From Octopus vulgaris (Eukaryota), in assembly GCA_951406725.2 (NCBI GenBank), contig OX597823.1:22692001-22756000 (forward strand): a stretch of DNA of 64,000 bases. Reading direction: 5' to 3'. Below the pieces are notes generated by a model. That model had not been told where the DNA came from, searched no databases, and saw only the letters and a list, made by a program, of their open reading frames with translations. How positions within the stretch are numbered: the first letter of the stretch is position 1; each line of letters begins with the position of its first letter. Positions 1 through 11,897 of the stretch are shown piece by piece. The translations under genes were made by a program, and so were the position numbers.

Positions 1-651
1 CAAGATATTCCTTGTTTCACTTGCATACCACCACTATCATCAACAGCACTATCACACACACCACCAACAACAACCAGACGACTATTACAGACAACCATCA
101 TCCCATAATCATAGTCGCCATCACGCCACCACCACGACTACCATAGCCATAAGCATAAGCTGCAACACTACGGCATCCCAAACAATTTCTTAATTCTTCC
201 TAATTTCCCAATACAACACTTTTATATAGTTAAGCAAACTAGAGACTAAAATATACATAGTCACGGTACTTCTAGTCTAAATATACGTGCTTAAGCTAAG
301 TATAAACTAGATATGTGTATTTAGACTAACTATATATATCATATGCGTTTTGTTAGACTAAAAATAGTCCAATGAAAGTAGCTAGGCTAAAAATAGACTA
401 CAAATACTGTATCGCCTCACATATGAAATGGAGTGAGTTGAAAAGCTTCGATTAACTGAGATTATCCATGCGATCAATAGAAAAAACAAACCTTTTATGG
501 GTGATTAAAATAGAAAAAATAAAAACGAGCAAAGAAAATAACTCCAATAAGATCTGTTCAACGAAATTTTTGAATATATGTGTTTATGTAAGTCTGTGAG
601 TTCATATACATAATACATATATATATATATATGTGTGTGTGTGTGTTTTTG

Positions 652-733
<82 letters not shown>

Positions 734-787
734 TACATACATATATATGTATTATATATACATACATATATATATTATATATATAGA

Positions 788-826
<39 letters not shown>

Positions 827-865
827 GCATACATACATACATGTATTTATCTATACACACACACA

Positions 866-907
<42 letters not shown>

Positions 908-960
908 CAAGCGCAGGCTTAGCTGTGTGGTAAGAAGCTTGCTTCCTAACCACATGATTC

Positions 961-1375
961 CGAAACCAATATCGACATCAAATGGAAAATCCTCTCTAAA
1001 TCCAGACCCTTATATTAACGGGTCTAAAAATTGATCTGTATGTTCTCTTGAAAAACTGTATCTATTAAAAAATTTGAGAACTTCCAACAAATACATAATT
1101 TCGAGGGAAGAGATTTTTTCTGCATGTCCGCATTTCAAGTAACACATCTTGTAGGAATTGAAAAGTAGACCACCACATCTGTTTACGTCTGCTTGACAGC
1201 GAAATAAGTAACGTTGATTATCTCTCTTGTGCTCTTCTTTTTGTTTTCTTTACAAACGTCTCTTGTTTTCAGCGGAATAAACGATGGGATAATTTATTAT
1301 TTCGACCACAAAAGCCTGAGTAGCTGTAATTACAGGACTTGTGGTTTTTATTTTAAGATTATCTTAGCTAATCCA
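961..1375 (+). mobile_element. 5'-truncated PLE fragment (GIY-YIG C-terminus + 3' UTR), decayed
   Basis: Translates (with a frameshift and stops) as [26 protein letters not shown]...SREEIFSACPH, the PLE endonuclease tail pattern. Confidence 0.7.
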
Positions 1376-1381
1376 GTACTT

Positions 1382-1433
<52 letters not shown>

Positions 1434-1454
1434 AGAACATATATATATATACAT

Positions 1455-1790
1455 ATATAAAGGGAAAGTTTACGAAAATAAGCAAAAGACGAAGGCAGGT
1501 GGAGTACAAAACAAACAAATGTATTAGCATAGCACTCAGGAATAGAAAAAGTCTTTTAGGTTTCGAGCCTACGCTCTTCGACAGAAAGATACACAGAAAA
1601 AAACAAGGAGAGAAACAAGGAGAGAAACAAATGCGTGTAGTAGCTAACGATCTATCATGGCGTCTTGACTTCGAACAATGGTCAGACGCGAGAGGGACAG
1701 TAGAGGAGATAACAGGGTCAAGTGACTTCCAATAGGAAGGTGCGCCCAACACAAAGTGCGTGTGTGTATAAGAGAGTATGTATGTGCGTG
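1455..1790 (-). mobile_element. PLE-type 3' end remnant with atypical hammerhead-like motif (1551-1590)
   Basis: Homologous to 8130-8292 on the + strand; both carry ctttCTGT..AAGAG...GGCTCGAAAC.T.AAAGAC. Confidence 0.55.
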
Positions 1791-2012
1791 TGAAAGAGGG
1801 CTGGTGGTCTGGACGTGTGTGTGTATGTATGTGTGGGTGTGGAGATGTGGGGATGGGTGTGTGGGTGGTGTGTTGTGATGTGATATATATATATTATATT
1901 ATATATTATATATATATATTTAATAATAATAAAGGGTAACATTAATTAATTAATAATTAATAATTTTACCAAGTAGTTCTGTATGTTAAAATAACCTTTA
2001 TCGGTAACCTTG

Positions 2013-2296
2013 TACAAAAATTCTACAATTATAAGCATAATTATAATTAGGGTTCAGCAAATTGCTTCACCACATACCGAAATTTAGAAACAGCAGTTAA
2101 ATACTATTTAACTTTGATCAATGCCGGGTGGATTCGTAATTTTTTCTCTACCTACGTGAATTGGGAGTATTGCAGTCTGGGAGATATCTTATAGTAGAGG
2201 AATAGTAATTAACTGCTATTTCTAAAATTCGGTTTGTGGTGAAGCAATTTGCTGAACCCTAATTATAATTATACTTATAATTATAGAATTTTTGTA
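2013..2296. repeat. 96-bp-arm inverted repeat, PLE-type inverted end
   Basis: Arms 2013-2108 and 2201-2296. Shares the gaaatagcag-type motif with 8490-8550 and 10541-10556. Confidence 0.75.
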
Positions 2297-2298
2297 TT

Positions 2299-2378
<80 letters not shown>

Positions 2379-2380
<2 letters not shown>

Positions 2381-3594
2381 GGGCCTGGACAAAATGATAG
2401 AAACCCCTAGCATCAGAGAATCATAATTTTCAAATATCTATAAAACCGTCAAAAGCTTATATATTTTTATGTTTTTTGATTTATTATTAGTGTTGCTTAA
2501 GATGTTTTGCTAAAATTGCTGTTTCTTTTCAGATATCATCAGAAAAATGTAATTAAAATTCATTGAAATGACAGATTTATCGGACTTTCAAAGAGGTCAA
2601 ATTGTTGGTGTTCGTATGGAAGGCGCTAGCGTAACGAAAACAGCCAAAATGTTTTGTGTATCAATAAGTACTGTCTCGAAAGTAATGACAGCCTTTTAGA
2701 AAGATGGAAAAACCTTCTCGTCGAAACAAAACTCCGGAAGAAAACCAAAACTTTCAGATAGAGACTGTTGGAATCTTACGCGAATTGTTAGAAAGGATCA
2801 CAAAAGCACAGCTCCCAAAATTACTACAGAACTTAATGACCACCTCCAGAACCCAGTTTCCACGAAAACTGTTCGTAGCTGGATTTCATGGAAGGGCTGC
2901 AATGAGAAAACCACTTCTTTCAAAAACAAACGTGGCAAAGCGTTTAGAGTGGAGTAAAAACCTACAAAATTGGTCCCTAGAGTAGAGGAAGAATGTTATT
3001 TTCTCGGACGAGTCATCCTTTAGCTTATTTCCGACTACCGGTCGAGTATATGCTTGGAAACAGCGAAAAGAAGCATTTGACCCAGACTTTCTTCTTCCAA
3101 CTCTTAAACATGGAGGAAGATCTGTGATGATCTGGTGGGCGGGCTATATCATGGAAATCCGCTGGCCCAATGGTTTCCCTTCATGGCAGAATTAATAATC
3201 AGGACTATTTAAGCATTTTATCTGATCAAATTCATCCTATGGATGCGGAACTGTTTCCGGAGAGAAGTGCAATCTTTCAGGATGATAATGCACCAATTCA
3301 CACACTTAAAATTGTTACTGAATGGCACGTGGAACATTCTAGTGAAGTTGAACATCTTATCTGGCCAACACAGTCCCCAGAGCTCAATATTATTGAACAT
3401 TTCTGGTGCATTTTAGAAAAACAAGAAAGGAGTCGATATCCTCCACCATAATCACTACAAGACTGGAGACTGTTTTAGCTAAAGAATGGACAAAAATTTG
3501 TACGAGTCCATACCTCGTAGAATTCAAGCTTACTGACAAAGGCGGTCCTACTCCATATTAAAATTAATTTGTTCGAAAATTTAAGGTGTTTCCA
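2379..3594 (+). mobile_element. Tc1-family DNA transposon, decayed, right TIR truncated
   Basis: Starts CAGGGCCTGGACAAAAT in a TA tract. Fragments MTDLSDFQRGQIVG, RKPLLS, IFSDES, IFQDDNAPIH, WPTQSPELNIIEHFW. Confidence 0.9.
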
Positions 3595-3682
3595 AATCAT
3601 AAATAAAAATCAAAATATATTTTAAAACATATAACTAGATAACGAAAAGTACAAAAATGAATAAACAATATATAAGTAAAAA

Positions 3683-3784
3683 GACTACGTGCGTTTCATG
3701 GCTATAATTTAAATTCGAATTACAATTAAATTTAAATTTATTTGAAAAACAATTCAATTTAAAATTATAGTCACTCCTCAGGTC
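3683..3784 (-). ncRNA. Type I hammerhead ribozyme with long AT-rich stem II
   Basis: Minus strand gac-CTGAGGA-gtgactataattt...aaattatagccat-GAAA-cg ca c-GTA-gtc. Stem II pairs 12/13; stem I only 3 bp. Confidence 0.72.
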
Positions 3785-3808
3785 AACAACAACAACAACA
3801 ACAACAAC

Positions 3809-3876
<68 letters not shown>

Positions 3877-4116
3877 TAATAATAATAAAATTATAAAATT
3901 ATATAAAAGTACGTATCTAAATTATAATTAACTAATAAAGCATTTAGAAATCCATATATTTTCAATCAATAAACATATAAATAATTAAATAAATTACTCC
4001 AGTATTACTTAAATAAATATTATACATACCATTCCGAAAACATTTATAAAATAAAAATTTTAAATTCCAAAACTGTATTACTTATCGTTTATAGAATTAT
4101 TTGCAAAATAAAATAC

Positions 4117-4183
<67 letters not shown>

Positions 4184-4192
4184 CATCATTAT

Positions 4193-4887
4193 TCAGTAGT
4201 TTTATTTTTATAGCGTGCTTTCACTTCACTACCGAGCACAGCTCTGTGTGCCTTGGGTATGTGCTGTGATTTGTTGTGATGCTCTGATGGTTATTGTATG
4301 GAAAGTGTTCTGCGTAGGATGTGTGCAGTGCCTAGTAGTGCAATTTTCTGTATGTTATATGTGTTTGTAAGTCCTGGTGTTTTTGTTATGTATTTGTCTG
4401 AATATTTTTTTATCATGCCTAATGCACCTACTATGATAGGAATTGTTTCTGTTTTCAGATTCCACATTCTAGTTACCTCTATTTCCAGGTCTTTGTATTT
4501 TGAGAGTTTCTCCATTTCTTTTAGAGACACGTTGTCAGCCGGTATTGATACATCAATTAGAAAGCATTTTTTTCTTCATGATCTCTGACAACTATATCTG
4601 GTCTGTTGGCCTTAATTTCTCTATCTGTGTGTATCGGCATATCCCAGAGTATGGTTGCTTTCTCGTTTTCTGTGACCTTTTCTGATGTGTGCCTATACCA
4701 TCTTTTTTCTGTTGTTATTCCATAATGTTGGCATAGCTTCCAATGTATGTAGGTTCCAACTCTGTCATGTCTGTGAATATATTCCTTCTTAGCCAGGACT
4801 GGGCAGCTAGAGATAATATGATTTATTGTTTCTTGTCCATCTCCACATATTCTGCAGTTACTTGTAATATTTCTTTTCATTACATGT
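4193..4887 (-). mobile_element. Duplicate shorter copy of the same R4/Dong-like 3' end
   Basis: Nearly identical to 5019-5716, including the same frameshift. Confidence 0.9.
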
Positions 4888-5018
4888 ATTATGAACTCTT
4901 TGAATTGTATAATAGTGGTTTTTCTCTAATTCATATATATATATATATATATATATACATACACTTCCGAAAATAAATTTAAGACCGATGATAAAAGTTC
5001 TATTATTATTATTATTAT

Positions 5019-6021
5019 TCAGTAGTTTTATTTTTATAGCGTGCTTTCACTTCACTACCGAGCGCAGCTCTGTGTGCCTTGGGTATGTGCTGTGATTTGT
5101 TGTGATGCTCTGATGGTTATTGTATGGAAAGTGTTCTGCGTAGGATGTGTGCAGTGCCTAGTAGTGCAATTTTCTGTATGTTATATGTGTTTGTAAGTCC
5201 TGGTGTTTTTGTTATGTATTTGTCTGAATATTTTTTTATCATGCCTAATGCACCTACTATGATAGGAATTGTTTCTGTTTTCAGATTCCACATTCTAGTT
5301 ACCTCTATTTCCAGGTCTTTGTATTTTGAGAGTTTCTCCATTTCTTTTAGAGACACGTTGTCATCAGCCGGTATTGATACATCAATTAGAAAGCATTTTT
5401 TTCTTCATGATCTCTGACAACTATATCTGGTCTGTTGGCCTTAATTTCTCTATCTGTGTGTATCGGCATATCCCAGAGTATGGTTGCTTTCTCGTTTTCT
5501 GTGACCTTTTCTGGTGTGTGCCTATACCATCTTTTTTCTGTTATTATTCCATAATGTTGGCATAGCTTCCAATGTATGTAGGTTCCAACTCTGTCATGTC
5601 TGTGAATATATTCCTTCTTAGCCAGGACTGGGCAGCTAGAGATAATATGATTTATTGTTTCTTGTCCATCTCCACATATTCTGCAGTTACTTGTAATATT
5701 TCTTTTCATTACATGTTTTTGGTAATTTCTGGTGGGGAGGCTTTGGTCTTGTGCTGCAATTAAAAATCCCTCTGTTTCTGCTTTGAGTCCTGAGCTTCTC
5801 AACCATTGCTGGGATTTTTCTTTGTCTATTTCTTTTGCGTTTAGTTTAGTGCAGTATTTACCATGAAGGGGTTTTTCTTGCCATCGTTTTATCATGGCTC
5901 GTTGCTGTTCTATTTTTAGTTTGGATTTCATTTGTTTTATAGCTTTTGTTGTTTCTTCATCATCTTCTTCTTCTTCTTTGTGTTTATTAGGTGGTATGAT
6001 TTCTTGTTTGTATTTGTCAGC
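5019..6021 (-). mobile_element. 5'-truncated R4/Dong-like non-LTR retrotransposon (CCHC + restriction-like endonuclease) in a (TAA)n tract
   Basis: AAQDQSL, CRICG..ETINHIISSC, YIHRHD, RPDIVV, EKLSKYKDL, PIIVGALG. (TAA)n on both sides; one frameshift at EEKNAF. Confidence 0.9.
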
Positions 6022-6040
6022 TTATTATTATTATTATTAC

Positions 6041-6178
<138 letters not shown>

Positions 6179-6596
6179 CATTATTAGTATTGTAGTTGTT
6201 ATTGTCGTTGTTAAATTTAATAGTACTAAAAATATAATAAAAACCTTCACCTATACTAAAAAATTTAAGTTCAGATATAATAATTATAAAATAATAATAA
6301 TTAAATAAATGTACGTATCAAATTATCATTAACAAATAAAAAAAATTAGATCTCTCCAAAGATGTATTATGAACTCTTTGAATTGTATAATAGTGGTTTT
6401 TCTCTAATTCATATATATATATATATACATACATACACTTCCGAAAATAAATTTAAGACCGATGATAAAAGTTCTATTTCTTACAAAATGTTTTGTTACT
6501 AACACCATACAAATTATTTTTATCTTTTACACCTTATGCAGAATTTATTTCTCTTTCGAATGAGGCAGACGATAACTATTTTTATACTACTTGAAG

Positions 6597-6980
6597 AATT
6601 CTTCTTCTTCTCCTTCTTTTTCTTCTTCTTCTTCTTCTTCTTCTTCTTCTTCTTCTTCTTCTTCTTCTTCTTCTTCTTCTTCTTCTTCTTCTTCTTCTTC
6701 TTCTTCTTCTTCTTCTTCTTCTTCTCAATCTCTTCTTCCTATTCTTTTTCTCTTCCATCTACTTCGTTTTCTTTTCTCCTCCCCTCCTCCTCCCTCCTCG
6801 TCTTCTTCTCTTTTCTCCGCACACTTTCTTCTTCTTCTTCGTCTTCGTCTTCTTCTTCTTCTTCTTCTTCTTCTTCTTCTTCTTCTTTCTCTTCTCCTTC
6901 TTCTTCTTCTTCTTCTTCTTCTTCTTCTTCTTCTTCTTCTTTCTTCTTCTTCTTCTTCTTCTCCCCCTTCTTCTTCTTTC
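6597..6980. repeat. (TTC)n compound microsatellite / polypyrimidine tract
   Basis: Directly visible. Confidence 0.95.
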
Positions 6981-7226
6981 GACTTCAGTCACGCACGATG
7001 ACAGCTGAACCGCATGTCTCGTTAATTATAGAGATTTTGTTATGCATTTTCCAATATGATGCTTTCGGAACCTAAATAGTGCCTGTGGTCTCTACCACTC
7101 GCGTGAATATTGAATTCGTTGCCGTTAACACCTTCATCTGCCGCGAAATCTAAATAAAAATGAAACCGTAAAATACTTCCGAATATGTGTCTATGCATGC
7201 ATGTGTGTGTGCGTATGTGTATGTGA

Positions 7227-7299
<73 letters not shown>

Positions 7300-7334
7300 T
7301 ATGTGTGTGTGTGTGCTCTCTTTTTCTTTTTAAT

Positions 7335-7590
7335 TTAGACTTCATTCTGACTGGCCACTTCTTTGGTAGCAAGGTTATGAAGCTGAAAGTGTATCTTGGG
7401 TTGGAAACTCCTTATCAGTTGTCCAAAGCTGACCTCTTTCTCTTGTATCTTTCCAACTACATTGGTGTCCAGAGGGCAGTTGATTTCCATGACAGAGCAT
7501 GTCTTTTCCTTGTGGTCCCACACAAGAATATCAGGCCAGTCGCATTTTAACATCTTCGGATATATCGGTCTCAATATAGTCAATATCATG
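7335..7590 (-). mobile_element. Restriction-like endonuclease fragment of another RLE non-LTR element
   Basis: WPDILVWDHKEKTCSVMEINCPLDTNVVGKIQEK resembles the PD-(D/E) RLE motif. Confidence 0.65.
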
Positions 7591-8129
7591 TTAGTGTTAT
7601 CATTTTTGTTATGTATGTATATTTGCATGTATGTATGTATAATCAAAGTGTATTAATTCAGTTGATGCGTACAACTAATGTTGAGAGCTCGCAGGCGATA
7701 AGCGAATTTCTATATTAACAGAACATTATTTTCGTATATTGTAACAAATAGTACAACATAACTTGTAGGAGTTCAGAATAAAACGAACGTAGAATTAGGA
7801 CATAAAGGAAGATTTAGGACATGACAGCATCAAATACGAAAAAAACTAACTCATACTCTGTTTAATAAAATGGGCGTCAACATACTTAAAGTATTGAGGC
7901 GTGAAATTTTAATTCCTTATAATTATATCCATAATGATGCGAAGAAACATTCTGTTCATAATTAATACAAGTCCAGAAAAGCAAGGAGGTAACACCGGAA
8001 TAATAATTAAGTTCACATTTTTACACTTCTATGCACATGTGTGTGTAGCGTGTGTTATGAGTGTGTTTGGTGCTTCACTATCCAAAGAAGAAAGTACCCA
8101 ATATATCATTTGCACGTCCAAACACATTC

Positions 8130-8292
8130 TTTATTTTCTCTCCTTGTTTCTTTCTGTGTTCCTTTCTGTGCAAGAGTGGAGGCTCGAAACGTTAAAGACT
8201 TTTTAACTTCCCGAAGGTTATACTGATACATCTGTTTGTTGTCTACACCACCTGTCTTCGTCTTTTGTTTTTCTTTTTGTGAATTCTCCCTA
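8130..8292 (+). mobile_element. Second copy of the same PLE-type 3' end remnant
   Basis: Reverse-complement similarity to 1455-1610; motif at 8162-8199. Confidence 0.55.
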
Positions 8293-8301
8293 TATATATA
8301 G

Positions 8302-8365
<64 letters not shown>

Positions 8366-8396
8366 TTAAATGTATATATATATATATGTATATATT

Positions 8397-8464
<68 letters not shown>

Positions 8465-8659
8465 ATAAGGGTTAAATGCAACAAGTTGCTCAAAATCACA
8501 TACCGAAAATATTAGAAATAGCAGCCAAAATTGGTCACTATTTCCTCTACTAGTAAAAAGTCTCCACAAACAAACAGAATTTGTAAGCTGTATATGGCAA
8601 AAAAAGGCAGAAAAAAAAATATATATATATATATATACATATATATAAATATATATATC

Positions 8660-9016
8660 CTTTTACTTCAGTCATTTGACTATGGCCATGCAGGAGCACC
8701 GCCTTTAGTCGAACAAATCGACCCCAGGACTTATTCTTTGTAAGCCTAGTACTTATTTTACCGGTTTCTTTTGCCGAAATGCTAAGCTACAGGGACGTAA
8801 ACACACCAGTATCGGTTGTCAAGAGATGGTGGGGAGACAAACATAGACACACAAACACACACATATATACATGTATATACGTGTGTAATACATATATATA
8901 CACACATATTGTGTTCGACGTTTTTTTTTGGTGTCCTGTACCCATATATGCATGTATATATACATGTAGAGGTAGGTACGTACATATATGTATGTATGCA
9001 TATGTTTTATTTATTA

Positions 9017-9080
<64 letters not shown>

Positions 9081-9265
9081 GACGGGAATCTTTCAGCTTC
9101 CGTCAACCAGATCCACACACAAGGCTTTGGTTGACCCGATGCTATAGTAGAAGACAGCTGCCCAATGTGCACGCAGTGGGACTGAACCCAGAATCATGTG
9201 GTTTGTAAGCAAACTACTTACCACACAGTCACTCCTGCACCTATTCAGAGAGCCACTCCTGCGCC
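8660..9265 (-). mobile_element. SINE family A with expanded internal microsatellite
   Basis: Homologous to 12755-13173. Confidence 0.85.
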
Positions 9266-9314
9266 TATAATATATATTTAAGAAACAAGTCAAAAATAAT
9301 GGTCATTACCAATT

Positions 9315-9438
9315 TGGCTTGCAGCTGTTTCAAGTAGTCATTATAGGAATATTAGTGATGAGTTTATTCAATTAGTCTACTGATCAATTAGGGCAAATCG
9401 AACAACCTAAGAAAATTAATGCTACTTCGCCAGAGCCA
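9315..9438 (-). ncRNA. Degenerate hammerhead ribozyme
   Basis: Minus strand tggct-CTGGCGA-agtag...ctactt-GAAA-cagct-GCA-agcca. Two core substitutions; stems I-III recognisable. Confidence 0.5.
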
Positions 9439-9467
9439 TTTCTGGTTATGCACACACACATACACAC

Positions 9468-9503
<36 letters not shown>

Positions 9504-9699
9504 GACATATGTGGGGAATTTTGTCTGTGGGTGTGCTTGTGGAGTAGTTAGCTAACTCCTCCTACATCGTTTTGTTGAGTTTGACGAAACCTGACACGTG
9601 TGTAGACCTCATGTCTGGAAACCTCATGGCATACTCAGATTGTTGAAGGAATTGATTATAGGGCCCTTGGAAGGGATCCTTTTATATATCTAATATATT

Positions 9700-10370
9700 T
9701 TATTTTAAAAGCCAAATGAAATAACCTATTCGCCCCAGGAAGTGATTCTTATATATAGCCAAGGGAACTAATCCATTCGTTTTCCTAAATTATTTGGTAT
9801 AAATCAAATTGAGTAAGCTTCTTTCTTAGTATTTGAACTGTTAAAGTTATTTTCGTAATTTATCCAGTACAATCCTTAAACAAGTAAATAGTATTTTCCT
9901 AAACAACAGGTCCACTTATTTCGGTTAGTGACTTATTCACGAATATACCAACATTAGCACACATGAGGGTAATATTCTCTGGGAATGCACAAAAGCAGTT
10001 TTCAGAGTTATTTACTTTGAATTGTTAATATCTCATATCCGATTAGCCTGTTATTACGTAACGTGCTTCACGATTTTAGTATACATACATTATTAGTATT
10101 TCCTTCTATGTTCTATAAACTCTGGGAACGCATTAAAGGTCTTTTCTGGGCTACTTTATTTGAATTCTTGCTATCGGGTAACTAATTCCATGTTATTACA
10201 TAACTGACTTCACAATTTGGCTATTCATAACATATTGGGAATTTCTAAAACAAGATAAATGCACAAAAACCGTTTTAAGGGCTACATACTTTGTATTGTT
10301 ATTATTGGATTGGCAAAACAATTATGAGAACGGAACCAAGGGATAAGCCCCGCTTTCCCGAGAATTACTG
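9700..10370 (-). mobile_element. Highly decayed PLE (thumb/GIY-YIG region) remnant
   Basis: Only weak peptide traces; lies upstream of the degenerate HHR at 9315-9438 on the same strand. Confidence 0.3.
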
Positions 10371-10406
10371 AGTACGTCAGTACATACATATATACATGTA
10401 TATATG

Positions 10407-10487
<81 letters not shown>

Positions 10488-10491
10488 TTAC

Positions 10492-10808
10492 AATTATTTA
10501 AAATTATAATTTAGGGTATCTAAGAGATACCTCCACGCTGGAAATAGCAGCCAAAACTTGACTCTAAAACCACATTAAATGTTCATACAGCACCAGGAGA
10601 GAGGACAAAGAGACAAAATAAACTAGCAAAAAAATTACTGGATAATTTTTGCTGGTTTATTTTGATGAAACTTGACACGTGAGTAGTCTCTTTGTCGTCT
10701 CTCCTGGTGCTGTATGAACATTTAATGTGGTTTTAGAGTCATGTTTTGGCTGCTATTTCCAGCGTGGAGGCATCTCTTAGATACCCTAAATTATAATTTT
10801 AAATAATT
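10492..10808. repeat. 123-bp-arm inverted repeat enclosing stem II, GAAA and stem III of a hammerhead (PLE inverted end)
   Basis: Arms 10492-10614 and 10686-10808 are near-perfect complements. The loop holds an internal hairpin followed by GAAA-cttgacacgtga-GTA. Confidence 0.85.
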
Positions 10809-10926
10809 ATTACCTTTGAAAGATTTTTATTCCCATGCTGGCCACCTGATAAGATCGGTATTTTAAATATCGATCTTATCCTAATTTATATACATATTTA
10901 TACATATATATACATACACACACATA

Positions 10927-10956
<30 letters not shown>

Positions 10957-10960
<4 letters not shown>

Positions 10961-11850
10961 CATAAAAGTAAATAAATGGTACAACGAAGCACCGATATTT
11001 ACTGTAAAATAGCGAACGTAATAAATACGACGCTAATGTATAGCTTCACTGCATATGTACTAGTAAAGATGCGTGTGTGCAACAAACATGAAAAAAATTG
11101 TCTTACCTCTAGGAAGAACATCTGATGGATAACGGATAATGCAGTACCGGTTTTCGATTTTTCAAATACGATTGCCAAACGTATTTTTCATTTTTCAGAT
11201 GTTCTTCCTAGAGGTAAGACAATTTTTTTCATGTTTGTTGCACACACGCATCTTTACTAGTACATATGTAGTGAAGCTATACATTAGCGTCGTATTTATT
11301 ACGTTCGCTATTTTCCAATAAATATCGGTGCTTCGTTGCACCATTTATTTACTTTTATGTATAATTTTACCCTCACGGGCTATTCTTTACTGGAAAGCAA
11401 TACTCTCGTATTGCATTACTATTTTCATTGAAACTTCTTCACTGTTCTCGTTCTGTTAACGTTTTGGCGTTCAGATGAGTGTACTGGCATAGATGTGGCA
11501 ACTTTTGAAATATTGTTGAGGTTTATGCAGCTGATGAGGATAAATCAAATATGCGTTTGGCAATCGTATTTGAAAAATCCGAAACCAGTACCGCATTATC
11601 CGTTATCTAGGTTTTTCATTTTTCAGATGTTCTTCCTAGAGGTAAGACAATTTTTTTCATGTTTGTTGCACACACGCATCTTTACTAGTACATATGCAGT
11701 GAAGCTATACATTAGCGTCGTATTTATTATGTTCGCTATTTTCCAGTAAATATCGGTGCTTCGTTGTACCATTTATTTACTTTTATGTATAATTTTACCT
11801 TCACGGGCTATTCTTTACTGGAAAGCAATACTCTCGTATTGCATTACTAT

Positions 11851-11856
<6 letters not shown>
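10957..11856 (+). mobile_element. Non-coding PLE pLTR / retrozyme-like partial tandem with 5' inverted segment
   Basis: Direct repeats 11184-11428 and 11612-11856 (period ~428 bp) flank the HHR; 10957-11185 is an inverted copy of the HHR 3' half plus downstream sequence. Confidence 0.8.
11525..11596 (+). ncRNA. Type I hammerhead ribozyme (PLE/retrozyme-type)
   Basis: atgcag-CTGATGA-ggat..long stem II..atcc-GAAA-c ca-GTA-ccgcat. The inverted copy at ~11139-11153 keeps the ancestral ACCGGT and ctgcat. Predicted cleavage after 11590. Confidence 0.82.

Positions 11857-11897
<41 letters not shown>

Noticed and set aside
505-1034. [12 protein letters not shown]-type ORFs here and throughout the track (e.g. 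6536-7075, 29836-30543)
   Set aside because: Translations of microsatellites that lack stop codons; not genes.
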